From Candidatus Bathyarchaeota archaeon (GTDB taxonomy: Archaea > Thermoproteota > Bathyarchaeia > Bathyarchaeales > Bathycorpusculaceae): a DNA stretch of 64,000 nucleotides. Below the pieces are notes generated by a model. That model saw nothing but the letters and a program-made list of their open reading frames with translations, had not been told where the DNA came from and made no database searches. A program made the position numbers and the translations under genes. How positions within the stretch are numbered: position 1 is the stretch's first letter; each line of letters begins with the position of its first letter. The stretch lies in contig OY969706.1 of assembly GCA_963702095.1 (NCBI GenBank), positions 1,952,001-2,016,000 of the forward strand, given 5' to 3'. Below, piece by piece: positions 9,349 to 18,712 of the stretch.

Positions 9349-9450
9349 GGTTCTGTTAACTTCATGGGCGATGATTCTCTGTGTTAAGAATCGGGTGATA
9401 AATCCTCTCTTTTTTGTGGGCTGGATTTGGGCTGTTAATTTTCGGGTGAT
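9349..9450 (+). repeat. left TIR (9349-9372) and subterminal repeats (9382-9399, 9433-9450)
   Basis: GGTTCTGTTAACTTCATGGGCGAT; TGTTAAGAATCGGGTGAT; TGTTAATTTTCGGGTGAT. Confidence 0.9.
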
Positions 9451-9663
9451 GACCGAACCGAGCATTTGAGTTCTGAAGTATCGGGTTGGGCTTCTGATTT
9501 CTGGGGCATCGGGCTAACATTGAGAGTTCTGAACGGGGCTGGCTGTTACTTGAATCGGCTAAATATAACAGCTAAAAACTAAATACCGATTGCACTCGCT
9601 AAATTGCAAAAAAAGTTACAATTAGCCTTAAATACTAACAATATCAGATAACCAACATCAGAA

Positions 9664-9936
9664 GTGTTTAGTATGGAGATAAAACTATTCGAGTTATTTA
9701 GAACCGACACTTTGCGCCATCGCGAAACAGCTAGAATAGTCGTTAATCTCTTAGAAGAAAAAAAAGAAACGCAAAATGTAATAGATTTTGACCAGATTGT
9801 ATTTGCCTCTCGTTCTTTTCTTCACGAATTATTGTGCGATATCGGCAATAAAAAAGTAGTCTTCCATAACACAAACGAGGAGATTAGACAAATGATGGAA
9901 ATAGCGAAAAAGGGAGTACATCCCTTACTAGCCTAA
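9664..9936 (+). CDS. STAS-like (DUF4325-type) protein
   Basis: VIDFDQIVFASRSFLHELL motif; about 90 aa. Confidence 0.75.
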   Translation: MFSMEIKLFELFRTDTLRHRETARIVVNLLEEKKETQNVIDFDQIVFASRSFLHELLCDIGNKKVVFHNTNEEIRQMMEIAKKGVHPLLA

Positions 9937-10751
9937 CTAACGAATTTATAAATTTCAATATCCTTGGGCGTAAAGTTTAGGGCAACTAAGGAACCATCCC
10001 ATCCAGATTTTAGCTTCAATATCTTCGTTTCATCAGCTTTATGATAAACTAACGCCTTTCCAGACATTATTATCATTTTACCGCCAAACCCATTTACGCA
10101 TAGTTTAGAAATACTTTGTATACCGTTGCCTCTGCCTTTCCAGTCTTTTTTAGAAGACTTGCCCTTAAAGGCATTAATTATTGCCTCATCATCTGTTTTT
10201 GCTTCGTATTCCGTGCCCTTATATGATTTTTTATAACCAATCCCGCAATCGGCAATAACAATCTCGCAAGTTTTTACTTTTGGTTTTTTATAATATTGAG
10301 CAAGAAGCCAATAATTATCAATATGAGCATGTTCATTTACGTTGTTGATTATTTCACTCGTAAAATACTTTAGCGCTGTTTTTTCTACGTTCATTTCCTT
10401 GATAATCCTATTTTCATACTCGCTGAGCATTTCACTGTCGGCTTCTTTGGCAACCATTTTAGTTATTGGTAAGTATTTTTTTGCTTTAGAAAAATCAGCA
10501 ACACCCTCTTGGAACCCAATAGTCTCAAGATAACGGCAAACATCTTCATCTTCTTCCAAACAATTGATTGTTAACTCATTATTGTTGGCATAGACAGCTA
10601 AGGGTAAAATTGAAAGAGGCGTAACAAACTTAACCTGTATTAAGTCAATTGACTTTTTACCACTGTTTATTGCTTTTTCCATTTCTGCAATATTTTTTAT
10701 TAGCTCATCGATTCGTTCTGATATCCCAAAAGGGTTAGCTATTACCTGCAT
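9933..10751 (-). CDS. STAS-like + HATPase_c (anti-sigma-kinase-like) protein
   Basis: IDLIQVKFVTPLS; SEIINNVNEHA N-box; IADCGIG; GRGNGI. Confidence 0.8.
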   Translation of the reverse strand: MQVIANPFGISERIDELIKNIAEMEKAINSGKKSIDLIQVKFVTPLSILPLAVYANNNELTINCLEEDEDVCRYLETIGFQEGVADFSKAKKYLPITKMVAKEADSEMLSEYENRIIKEMNVEKTALKYFTSEIINNVNEHAHIDNYWLLAQYYKKPKVKTCEIVIADCGIGYKKSYKGTEYEAKTDDEAIINAFKGKSSKKDWKGRGNGIQSISKLCVNGFGGKMIIMSGKALVYHKADETKILKLKSGWDGSLVALNFTPKDIEIYKFVS

Positions 10752-10816
10752 TTAGCCATACCTCGGTAGCCCTCAATGAGGGGAAAGTTGTATTTAAAAT
10801 TGTGTATCTAATGGCG

Positions 10817-11947
10817 CTAAGTATCAATTACCTGCTTGCTTGCGTTTTCTATGATAGTTCGCCATTTATCCTGTCCCTGAATCATAATGCCGCAAGCCTC
10901 GGCGGGTGTTTTGCCGTTTAAAGCCTCATGGGGTCTAACGTAATTGTGGTAAAGTTGATAGCCCTTAAGAATCTGAGTATCGGTCTTCTTTAATCCCCGC
11001 ATGACCTTTTCTCTATCTCGGATTTCTCCGTTCATGCGCTCCATTTTGTTGTTGTGAATATCCCCTCTAAGTTTGATGTGTTTAACATGCTCTGTTCTTG
11101 GTCCTTTTAGTGTCCAGAACTCTTTTTTGTAAGCATCATGATAAGACGCTAACCCATCAGTGACAAACACTGTGGGTTTTTTGCCCATAAGTTCCTTAGA
11201 CATTCTAAGTAGGTTGCGTGCATCATGCTTGTATTTTGTATCTGCGACTTCTTGGGCTATCCAGAAGCGGGTTTCATCGTCCATCATAGCAAACAAGTAT
11301 TTCATATCGCCGTTAATTTTTACCCAAACCTCATCAGCCCGCCACTTATCACCCACATTCGGCTTTATCTTTTCAAGATATTGGGTCATAAGTGTGGTGT
11401 ACTTGTTTATCCATTTTAGGATTGAGACATGGCTGATTATTACGCCTTGGAGTTTTAGGAATTTCTGGACATTGCGTAGGCTTTCTCCTGTGAAGTAGAG
11501 TTGCATGGCAGAGGTAATAACTTGTGGGCTTGCCTTCATCCCGTTAAAACCGACATTGACGCTAAAGCGTTTACCACATGCCTTGCAGAGGTAACGTTGT
11601 AGGTCATACTTTTTGTTGTGACGTATGGCATCCTTAACGATATTTTCTGAACCACAAAAAACACAGCTAGCCATATTTAGGGGTTGGATAACAATATTGC
11701 GTTTGACCTGTTCCTTCATTTTAAGGCTGACTTCAACGGCAACCATGTGTTTGCATTTTACATGACGGAATTGATGGTCTGGGCATTCACAGTTCCATTT
11801 ACCATCTACCATAAAAACCGCATATTCACCGTTTCCGCTTTGAGATTTCACGGTGTAAAAGTTCTCTTCTATACAATTTACTTGACTCTCTTTTGCTTGG
11901 GCGATTTCTAAGCCCCGACTTTCTCTTAAACTGCTAATAGCGTTCAA
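10817..11947 (-). CDS. IS6/IS240-type DDE transposase with SWIM and Zn-ribbon domains
   Basis: CECPDH..CKH (SWIM); CVFCGS..QRYLCKACGKRF; WRADE, VTDG, NNKMER (DDE); YHNYVRPHEALNGKTPAEA. Confidence 0.92.
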   Translation of the reverse strand: MNAISSLRESRGLEIAQAKESQVNCIEENFYTVKSQSGNGEYAVFMVDGKWNCECPDHQFRHVKCKHMVAVEVSLKMKEQVKRNIVIQPLNMASCVFCGSENIVKDAIRHNKKYDLQRYLCKACGKRFSVNVGFNGMKASPQVITSAMQLYFTGESLRNVQKFLKLQGVIISHVSILKWINKYTTLMTQYLEKIKPNVGDKWRADEVWVKINGDMKYLFAMMDDETRFWIAQEVADTKYKHDARNLLRMSKELMGKKPTVFVTDGLASYHDAYKKEFWTLKGPRTEHVKHIKLRGDIHNNKMERMNGEIRDREKVMRGLKKTDTQILKGYQLYHNYVRPHEALNGKTPAEACGIMIQGQDKWRTIIENASKQVIDT

Positions 11948-12000
11948 CCGCTAACACCTTGCAGTATATTACTAATAGGTATAGCATATATATGCTTTAC

Positions 12001-12055
12001 GCTATTATACAAGCGCTATAATAGCAATCGTTATATACAATTGCTATTATACAAG
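12001..12055. promoter_or_regulatory. operator/promoter between the divergent transposase and cargo operon
   Basis: GCTATTATACAAG direct repeat (12001, 12043); 12-bp inverted repeat TATAATAGCAAT (12017-12028)/ATTGCTATTATA (12040-12051) around TTATATA. Confidence 0.75.
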
Positions 12056-12068
12056 TAACCGATGCCTT

Positions 12069-12239
12069 ATGGGCAAAGTACAGATTGAAGCATGGAAATG
12101 TGAGAGATGCGCACATGTATGGTTGCCGAGAAACACCTTTCAAGAGCCAAAAGTTTGTCCAAAATGTAAAAGCCCTTACTGGAATGTACCAAAGCGCAAT
12201 CAAAACATCTCAAAAGAGAAAAAAGGGATTGAAAAATAA
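12069..12239 (+). CDS. 56-aa Zn-finger microprotein, absent from ORF track
   Basis: Hand translation MGKVQIEAWKCERCAHVWLPRNTFQEPKVCPKCKSPYWNVPKRNQNISKEKKGIEK*; TAATG coupling to the next gene. Confidence 0.85.
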   Translation: MGKVQIEAWKCERCAHVWLPRNTFQEPKVCPKCKSPYWNVPKRNQNISKEKKGIEK

Positions 12240-14807
12240 TGTCAGAAAGTCTTTCTCAAGGATTACCTTTTTTGGAACTTAATCAGCAAGGCTTAAAACT
12301 TTACAAAGCAAACGATATACCCTTTACTAATCTCAAAGAAGCAGGATTTAATTGCCAAAAAAGCGCTAAAAAGCCTGACCAGTTTGTAGCGCAAGGCAAA
12401 AATATCTTAATTGGAATTGAGGATAAGGCATCATCAAGCGAAATTGATATTGCATCCAACCAATTAAAAACAAATTATTTAGATGCTCTTCCAGATACAA
12501 AATACTTCATAGCGAGAGCTGGTGAAAGAACTAAAGTATACTATCGAATTGCCTCTAACAAAATTATTGAAATCGGCACAACATCAAAAGGTAAGGAAGT
12601 TATTTGTTTCGCTGCAAAAATAATAACAGGTGAAAACAAAGAAATCCAAAAAAACCTACTTTATTTACCGAGCAAGTTCTTGCTGGGAAAGAGCCTATTA
12701 ACGGTTCAATCGAAATTCAACCCCCAAAAGAGTATTACAACCCTCTAATCGTCAAACAAAATACCATCTATAACCTATGGCAAAAAATATTCGTTTGCAC
12801 AGGCGAGAATGCACATAAATGCCTAGAAACCTTTGTAGAACTCCTATTATTCAAGGGAATATCAGATGCAAAGCTATTACCAAAAGATTTTTCGATAGAA
12901 ACTTTAGCAGACCCTAGTAAAAGCAACTCTCTTGAAACATACAAAAACACAGTTAGAAATTACATAAAAACCAACATATTCCCCACGATATCCAATCAAC
13001 CAGGTGTCATCAATGGTTTCGCATTTCAGGATGAAGAAACAGTTTTTAAGACTGTACTAAAGGACTTAATAGGTCTGGGAAATATAGCTCAGAAACAAAT
13101 CGACCCTGATTTTAAACGCAGAATAATTGAAGCTTTCTTAGGCTCAGCACATAGAGAAGGAACCATAAAAAATGGAAAACATCTAACACCAAGAGCAATT
13201 ATTCAAGCAATCTGGGAGATGGCAGACCCTCAAGAAGGAAAGCGTATCTGTGACCCCGCTTGTGGAGTAGGTGGCTTCGTTCTTAGAAGGTCTCAATTAT
13301 CCTTACGAATTTGACCCCATCAAATACAACTGCTTAGGGATAGATAGGGACGAACAAATGATAATCACGTCGAAAGCTAACATGATACTTCACATACTCG
13401 ACAAATTTCTTGATACAAGCATTGGAAAAAATGCTTTATCTGCAAAGATTAACTCGACATTCTATCAAGCTAAAAATAACGGAACAGGAACTCTGGGCGA
13501 ACTTGTAGAAGTTGCAGACAAAACGGCACAATTCCAACCTAAGCATCAAGCAGACTATGTTTTTTCCAATGTCCCCTTTTACATAAACGGAGTCACGCAA
13601 ATCGATGATAGCCTACGAGATTTAGGGTTCGCAAGTTTCTATAATGGGTGTGGTTTAGGAGTCGAAAGCCGATTTATTAAATATGTTTTGGGTCAGATAA
13701 AGAATGGCGACCCTGGACTTAGCTTTTGTAATTGTAACTGACGGCATATTATATCGGCACAAAGATAAGGCAAGAGAAACAATAAAGGAAAATGCGGATG
13801 TACTCGGTATAATCTCATTACCAGAAGGCGTTTTTCAAAACAACAACTGGAAAACCTCAATTCTAATCCTAAAAAAGAAAGGAGTACAACCTGAGTATTC
13901 ACCCGTATTTCTTTATAATGTTGACAACATTGGAATTTCCCTTGATTCTTACAGGACTCCTACTGAAGAAAATGATATACCTAACATGAAGAGAGCATGG
14001 CAACAGCGTTTTTCGGGAAAAACAAATGATGACCCAAAATGTAAATTGGTTCCAAGAGAGGATTTTATTAACGCTGATAAGTGGTCAGACCTGTTTGCAG
14101 ACTGGAGAAAAGCCGATACATCCAATAACATATCAATTTCGGAGTTTATTGAAAATGCAAGCAGTGTAAACGCTGATATCGGAAAAATGCTTAATGACGC
14201 AGATAAAAAACTTGGAGAAATCTTTGCTATGGATAGATACGCCGAGTTACAACTAAGTAACAAAATTTATTTCCAAGTTCAAACTTCGCCATTTAAAACG
14301 ACTGTAAAAACTGCTCGGCTTAACCCTGGAAGATATCCGTTATTCTCTTCTCAAGTTAATGGTCCAATCGAGTTTATGGAAGACAAGAAAACGCCACCTA
14401 TCTTAATTGGTAATGAAACAAATGGAGAAAATAAGAGACTTATCAGTTGGAATATAAAAGGTGACCCTTGTAAAGATATTAGGGTACACGAAGAACCGTT
14501 TTATGCCACCGAAAATAGAGGACTAATATCTGTAGTAAACGACAAGATTGATTTTCACTATTTGCTTTATTACTTGAGAGAGCATTTGGTTACATCAGGG
14601 AAGTTTAAGCGTTCTAATGAAGCCCATGCTGGTAAAGTAAAGAATATCAAGATTAAAGTTCCGATTGATGATAAGGGCAAAATCGATTTGTCGAAACAAA
14701 GAGAAATAGCTAAGAACTATGAAAAAATAGTGGATTTACGCAAGAAAATGACTGAGAGAATAACAGAGATGCAGACACTATTAAGTGAAATCGATATTTT
14801 CAAGTAA
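12239..14807 (+). pseudogene. type IIG-like restriction-modification fusion (PD-ExK nuclease, N6-adenine MTase, specificity domain) with three frameshifts (near 12667, 13283, 13719)
   Basis: KPDQFV..IEDK; hand-read middle frame LWQKIF..CLETFVELLLFKGISD..HLTPR..ICDPACGVGGF; SNVPF; IISLPEGVF; HsdS-like IKVP..LSKQREIA. Confidence 0.8.
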
Positions 14808-14924
14808 CGGTTTCTTGGTTTCAATTTTATTTTCCTATCTATCACTTTAGAGATATGTTAAGCGAAAAATAGGCAAACCTTATTTGCTTTCAGTTTTAAT
14901 AATATTTGATTTGGTGGTGTCATT

Positions 14925-15311
14925 TTGCCTAAATGCCCATCTTGTGGAACTAATACAGAGAGGGTTTTAAAGGAATGGGATTACTCATCATTCCATGTAA
15001 AGAATATGGAGTGCCCTAACTGTCTAAAAACCTTTAAAGTATACTTCAAAGAAGGCAAGCTTAGCCACATAATTGAGACCAACGAGGCAAATGCTAAAAA
15101 AAGAATAAAAGATTTTTTGGAAAAAACTGGGGGGGCAACAACATTAGAGATAGCTGATATTCTGGAACTTGATGTAATGGATGTTATACGGTTGCTTGGT
15201 GACCTTGAAGACGGTTTCGTTATTGAAAGAATCTCTCAACCAAAAGAGAAAGAGCATATGTTCCGTAAAACAAATAATAAACCAATTGAAAGCGCAATTG
15301 TTGATAATTAA
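14925..15311 (+). CDS. Cren7-like Zn ribbon fused to winged HTH
   Basis: CPSCG..KEWDY..FHVK..ECPNCLKTF; GGATTLEIADILEL..VIRLLGDLE. Confidence 0.7.
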   Translation: MPKCPSCGTNTERVLKEWDYSSFHVKNMECPNCLKTFKVYFKEGKLSHIIETNEANAKKRIKDFLEKTGGATTLEIADILELDVMDVIRLLGDLEDGFVIERISQPKEKEHMFRKTNNKPIESAIVDN

Positions 15312-15322
15312 CCCATCCTATT

Positions 15323-15414
15323 ATCACCCGACTGTTAACATGGACAATTTCCGCACCTAAACAATCACCCGAAACTTAACAAGAAGAAGTATCGCCCACG
15401 AAGTTAACAGAACC
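15323..15414 (-). repeat. right TIR (15391-15414) and subterminal repeats (15364-15381, 15323-15340)
   Basis: Reverse complement GGTTCTGTTAACTTCGTGGGCGAT; TGTTAAGTTTCGGGTGAT; TGTTAACAGTCGGGTGAT. Confidence 0.9.
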
Positions 15415-15422
15415 CTTACCCA
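15415..15422 (+). repeat. right 8-bp target-site duplication CTTACCCA
   Basis: Identical to 9341-9348. Confidence 0.92.
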
Positions 15423-15497
15423 AACTACATAAAAACAGGGAAAAACAGTACTAGATACATATTTTTGGAATAAGCATTGTAGAGTTACTACTTTTTG

Positions 15498-15905
15498 TTA
15501 GTGGTTGAGAGAATTATCACAGAATGGCGAGGTTTGCCTTGCAACCCCTGTGATGTTGCCTTCTACTGCTTTGATTAGTAGTTCTGTGTTTACTGGTTTT
15601 GAAAAAGCTATGTCGGCACCACACGCGATTGACGCTATAGTATTTTCCAGTGAAGGATAATCAGTTAAAACTACAGCTATTGTGCTTGGCAGCTGCTTCT
15701 TGGTGAACGTTAGGAGTTCGGTTGCATCGTTGCAGGAAGGACCATAATTGACAATTATGCATGAATAGGCGCTGTTTTGTATCTTCTTTTGGGCTTGCAA
15801 ATGGTCGCCCGCCACCTCAACATTGTAGCCTAATCTGCTAAATAATCTGTCGAAAGCTCCGGAAGTGCGTATGTCCGAATCAACAATCAAGAGTTTTTTA
15901 GCCAT
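15498..15905 (-). CDS. stand-alone receiver (CheY-like) domain, atypical
   Basis: LLIVDSD, VVLTDY, GAD.AFSKP; phosphoacceptor position reads IIVNY. Confidence 0.8.
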   Translation of the reverse strand: MAKKLLIVDSDIRTSGAFDRLFSRLGYNVEVAGDHLQAQKKIQNSAYSCIIVNYGPSCNDATELLTFTKKQLPSTIAVVLTDYPSLENTIASIACGADIAFSKPVNTELLIKAVEGNITGVARQTSPFCDNSLNH

Positions 15906-16062
15906 ACAATCCCCTTTTTGCTGTGAATTACCGTTTGGAAGGTTATAGAACAATGGTTGCTTTGGTACATATTTAGGGGTTTGTTGTAACAGCGTGTAAC
16001 CAACAAAGTCACCAAGCAGCCCTTTTCGCCTCAAAAAAGTGTTTTTTGTTTTTTCTAGTTTA

Positions 16063-16179
16063 AGATGAAGGCAGCGTCGCCCTTACTCATCTTCTTCTGG
16101 CGGGTCATGCAGGCGACTGCATTTTTTGTCCTGCAATTGATAGAGGTTTCTGGCTGGTTGTGGACGTTTCCACAAGCAG
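16063..16179 (+). repeat. diverged 117-bp direct repeat, copy A
   Basis: Ungapped hand alignment with 18934-19050, 86/117 identical. Confidence 0.75.
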
Positions 16180-16316
16180 AACAACGGAATGTTGAATAAC
16201 AATTAGATAGCGCTTTTTATTCCTGTTTGAGTAATGAAAACGGTGAGATCTACCAAAACACACGCTTTATTTCTAGAAAAATCCAAAAAAGGGGATGACG
16301 CTGCATTTAGCTGCAG

Positions 16317-16442
16317 TTACTTCCAGAAGCATATGCCATGATGTTTCTCTTCTTTCTTTGCTTTAACAAACATTTTCAATCCAATCGCAGTCATAGCGGC
16401 TCCGATGCCTGCAAGCACCAGATATTTCTTGTAATGATGCAT
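16317..16442 (-). CDS. small single-TM protein
   Basis: MHHYKKYLVLAGIGAAMTAIGLKMFVKAKK; GGTGA upstream. Confidence 0.5.
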   Translation of the reverse strand: MHHYKKYLVLAGIGAAMTAIGLKMFVKAKKEEKHHGICFWK

Positions 16443-16513
16443 AAAATCACCCAGAAAACCCAACGGAAAAACATCTAATAAATTTGTGTTGGCACAAAAG
16501 AGAAGAACTCCCA

Positions 16514-16702
16514 CTAAACAGGGGTACCCCCCTCTACTTTTAAACGTTTGATTAGTGCCTCCATGTATTGCCTGTCAAACACCCGGTCTTCAAGTAAAGC
16601 ATTCGCCAACACATGAAGCTTCAAATCGTTTAGCACCGCAGTCTTCCGCAGTTCCTTATGGATGTTCTCGCGGACTTCAACTACAACACGCCTACTCATC
16701 AC
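16514..16702 (-). CDS. small RHH-like protein
   Basis: RVVVEVRENIHKELRKTAV beta-helix-helix pattern; GGTGA upstream. Confidence 0.6.
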   Translation of the reverse strand: MMSRRVVVEVRENIHKELRKTAVLNDLKLHVLANALLEDRVFDRQYMEALIKRLKVEGGTPV

Positions 16703-16707
16703 ATCAC

Positions 16708-18293
16708 CTACGGCTTGGAGGTTTTGTATCGGCTTAAACTGCTGGTTCGGCTACGCAGTACATACACGTAATCCGCTAACAGAGGCTTCTCATGCCCCAA
16801 CTCCAAAGTCGCCTGCATGGTCTGGGTTTTACCGTCAACCCTGTATTCGACGGATTCCACACGGAAATCGCTCTCTACACCTTCGTTGGGTAGGACGACG
16901 TGGATTTTGTCGCCTGCAAGGATGGGGTTGTTGCCGTAGTCGAGCACGGTGGTTTGGAGGCTCAGTGTTTCGGCGGGGTCTTTGAGGTTGGCAAGTAATG
17001 CTTTGGCGTGGGATTCACATTGCAGGTCGCTGGCATACTCTTCGTTGGCATCTACCAGTTCGCGGAGGCCGATGCTGTTTTGGCTTGCCAAATCGTTTTG
17101 GATGCTGCTGTAGCGTCTGCCCCCGAAGTTTAGGCCATCAACCCAGAAGTTGCCTGAACCTACACCCGTAAACCACAACGAGACCTGTACACTGTGGATT
17201 TGGTTCCAGTTGAATTGCCCTGGAATCTGCCATTGATCAGCGCTGTTGGACCCTACTGAGAGCTGTGTCTGGAACCATTTCCCGTCGCCCAAAGTCAATT
17301 CACGGGAGACAAGGTTGCTGTTGACGTCGTGGAGTACGATGGTTGCGTTGCCGTTGAAGCTGGCATCTCGGCTAAGCCAAAGGTTAAGGGTTGGGTATTG
17401 GTCAGCGTCGATTTCTTTGCCGCTGGCTAAGGTGAATCGAGAGCTGGCATAGTAGAGGTTTTGGGCTGCGGTTTTTATGCTGGCGGCGCCTTTGGCATAG
17501 TTGGAGGTGTCTTGGCTGATGCTGCCTGAAACCGCCATCCAAGCGCCGTCGCTGCAGGAGAGGGCTTCGGTCCACCCGTCCTTGTCTAGGGGGACGCTTT
17601 TGTCTTGGGCGCCGTAGATGATGATTCGGTTGCGGACGCGGGTGATGTCTTTGCTGTATTCACACCCTTCGATGCGTTCACTGAGGTCTACCTGGCTGTT
17701 TTTTGTGTTTTTGGGGTAGACTCGAATTTTCCGTCTGGGGCAACCCGATAATCGTAGCCTATTACGCCTGCTTTGTCAGCGCTGCCTGCGATTTCGCGGA
17801 GAATATCCATGACTGGGGTGTCGCTGTAGCTGAGTTTGGTGTAGGTGGTGTCGGTGGATTCTATGAGTTCGGCGCCGCTGCGGCTGTGGCTTAAGCCCAC
17901 GTAGTAGTCGAGGAGGTCTTTGACTATGTCTTCGCCTTTGATGTTTTCGTAGGTTGCGGTGACGACGCGGCGGAAGAGGCGTTCGCCCCAGCAGCGCCCG
18001 CTCACTGTGAGATAGTTTTCTGCTGGGCTGGATTGATACTTGATGTTTTCGACCCGGCAAGTAATCAGCTGGGGACAGCTGGCGCCTCTGCATAGGCTTA
18101 TGCTGCCATCTAAGCCCACGGTGATGGGGTATGAGCCGTTGGGACTGTATTTGCCACTCCAATTCTGCAGCACCACCTCAAAACTGCTGACTTCTTTGGT
18201 GCAGCCCAAATGCAACATCAACTCCACAACGTCACCCTGCGGAGGAGTGACGGAGCCGAAAACGATGGCTACATCGGGGGTGTCAAGGCTCAT
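16708..18293 (-). pseudogene. tailed-virus tail/baseplate hub-like protein, single frameshift near 17720
   Basis: ORFs 17688-18293 and 16708-17538 join via FE/YPKNTKN..RVRNRIIIYG; LTVSGRCW and ILAGDKIHV..FRVESVEY tail-type motifs. Confidence 0.65.
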
Positions 18294-18569
18294 TTATTCG
18301 ACTCCTCTACGGTAGAGTTCGTCTTCGCCTGCCCGGATGATTTTCCGTGTGGCGGTAGCGGTTTGGGCGGTTGTGCTGTTGAAGTTTTGCATGCTGGCGG
18401 TGGCGGTGTTCATGCTGTTAGCGAAGCCATACATGGCGGCGGCTGCGGCGACGATGGCGTCGATGCCTTCTCGGGGGTTTAGGATGATGGTTTTTAAGGT
18501 TTCTGCTTGAAAGTCTTCGGGGCTTCTGTGCCCGCTTTTTATGGTTTTATCGGTTTCTTCCCATGGCAT
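18294..18569 (-). pseudogene. chimeric viral gene: head-gene-like N-terminus fused to tape-measure-like C-terminus
   Basis: Abrupt change from charged MPWEET..SGHRSPEDF..EGIDAIV to an Ala/Thr-rich helix, directly upstream of the tail gene. Confidence 0.5.
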
Positions 18570-18656
18570 ATTACTATACCTCACATGTCTGATAGCCAGT
18601 TAATAAGCAAAGAAAGTGAAAAGGCGAATTGTACAACGGGTTGAGCCACGCGGTGA

Positions 18657-18668
18657 GTCACCGGTGAC
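18657..18668. promoter_or_regulatory. 12-bp palindrome between divergent genes, candidate RHH operator
   Basis: GTCACCGGTGAC, preceded by GGTGA. Confidence 0.45.
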
Positions 18669-18712
18669 CATCCTGTTGGGTCATTTACCAGAAAATGGGA
18701 GAAGAGAAATGT

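Larger units (their letters stand above)
9349..15414. mobile_element. IS6-like unit transposon with passenger genes (6066 bp)
   Basis: 24-bp TIRs, 8-bp TSD, one internal DDE transposase, visibly AT-rich cargo. Confidence 0.92.

Noticed and set aside
9349-9450. Repeats read as a mini-CRISPR array
   Set aside because: Only 18 bp, irregular spacing, mirrored in inverted form 6 kb away, and no cas genes; they are transposon ends
9283-9465. N-terminal extension of ORF 8614-9465
   Set aside because: It runs through the TATA-like box, TSD and left TIR, so it is a chance open frame; TTG at 9282 is the more likely start
12085-12282. 65-aa ORF from the track
   Set aside because: Overlaps the better-supported Zn-finger ORF 12069-12239 in another frame
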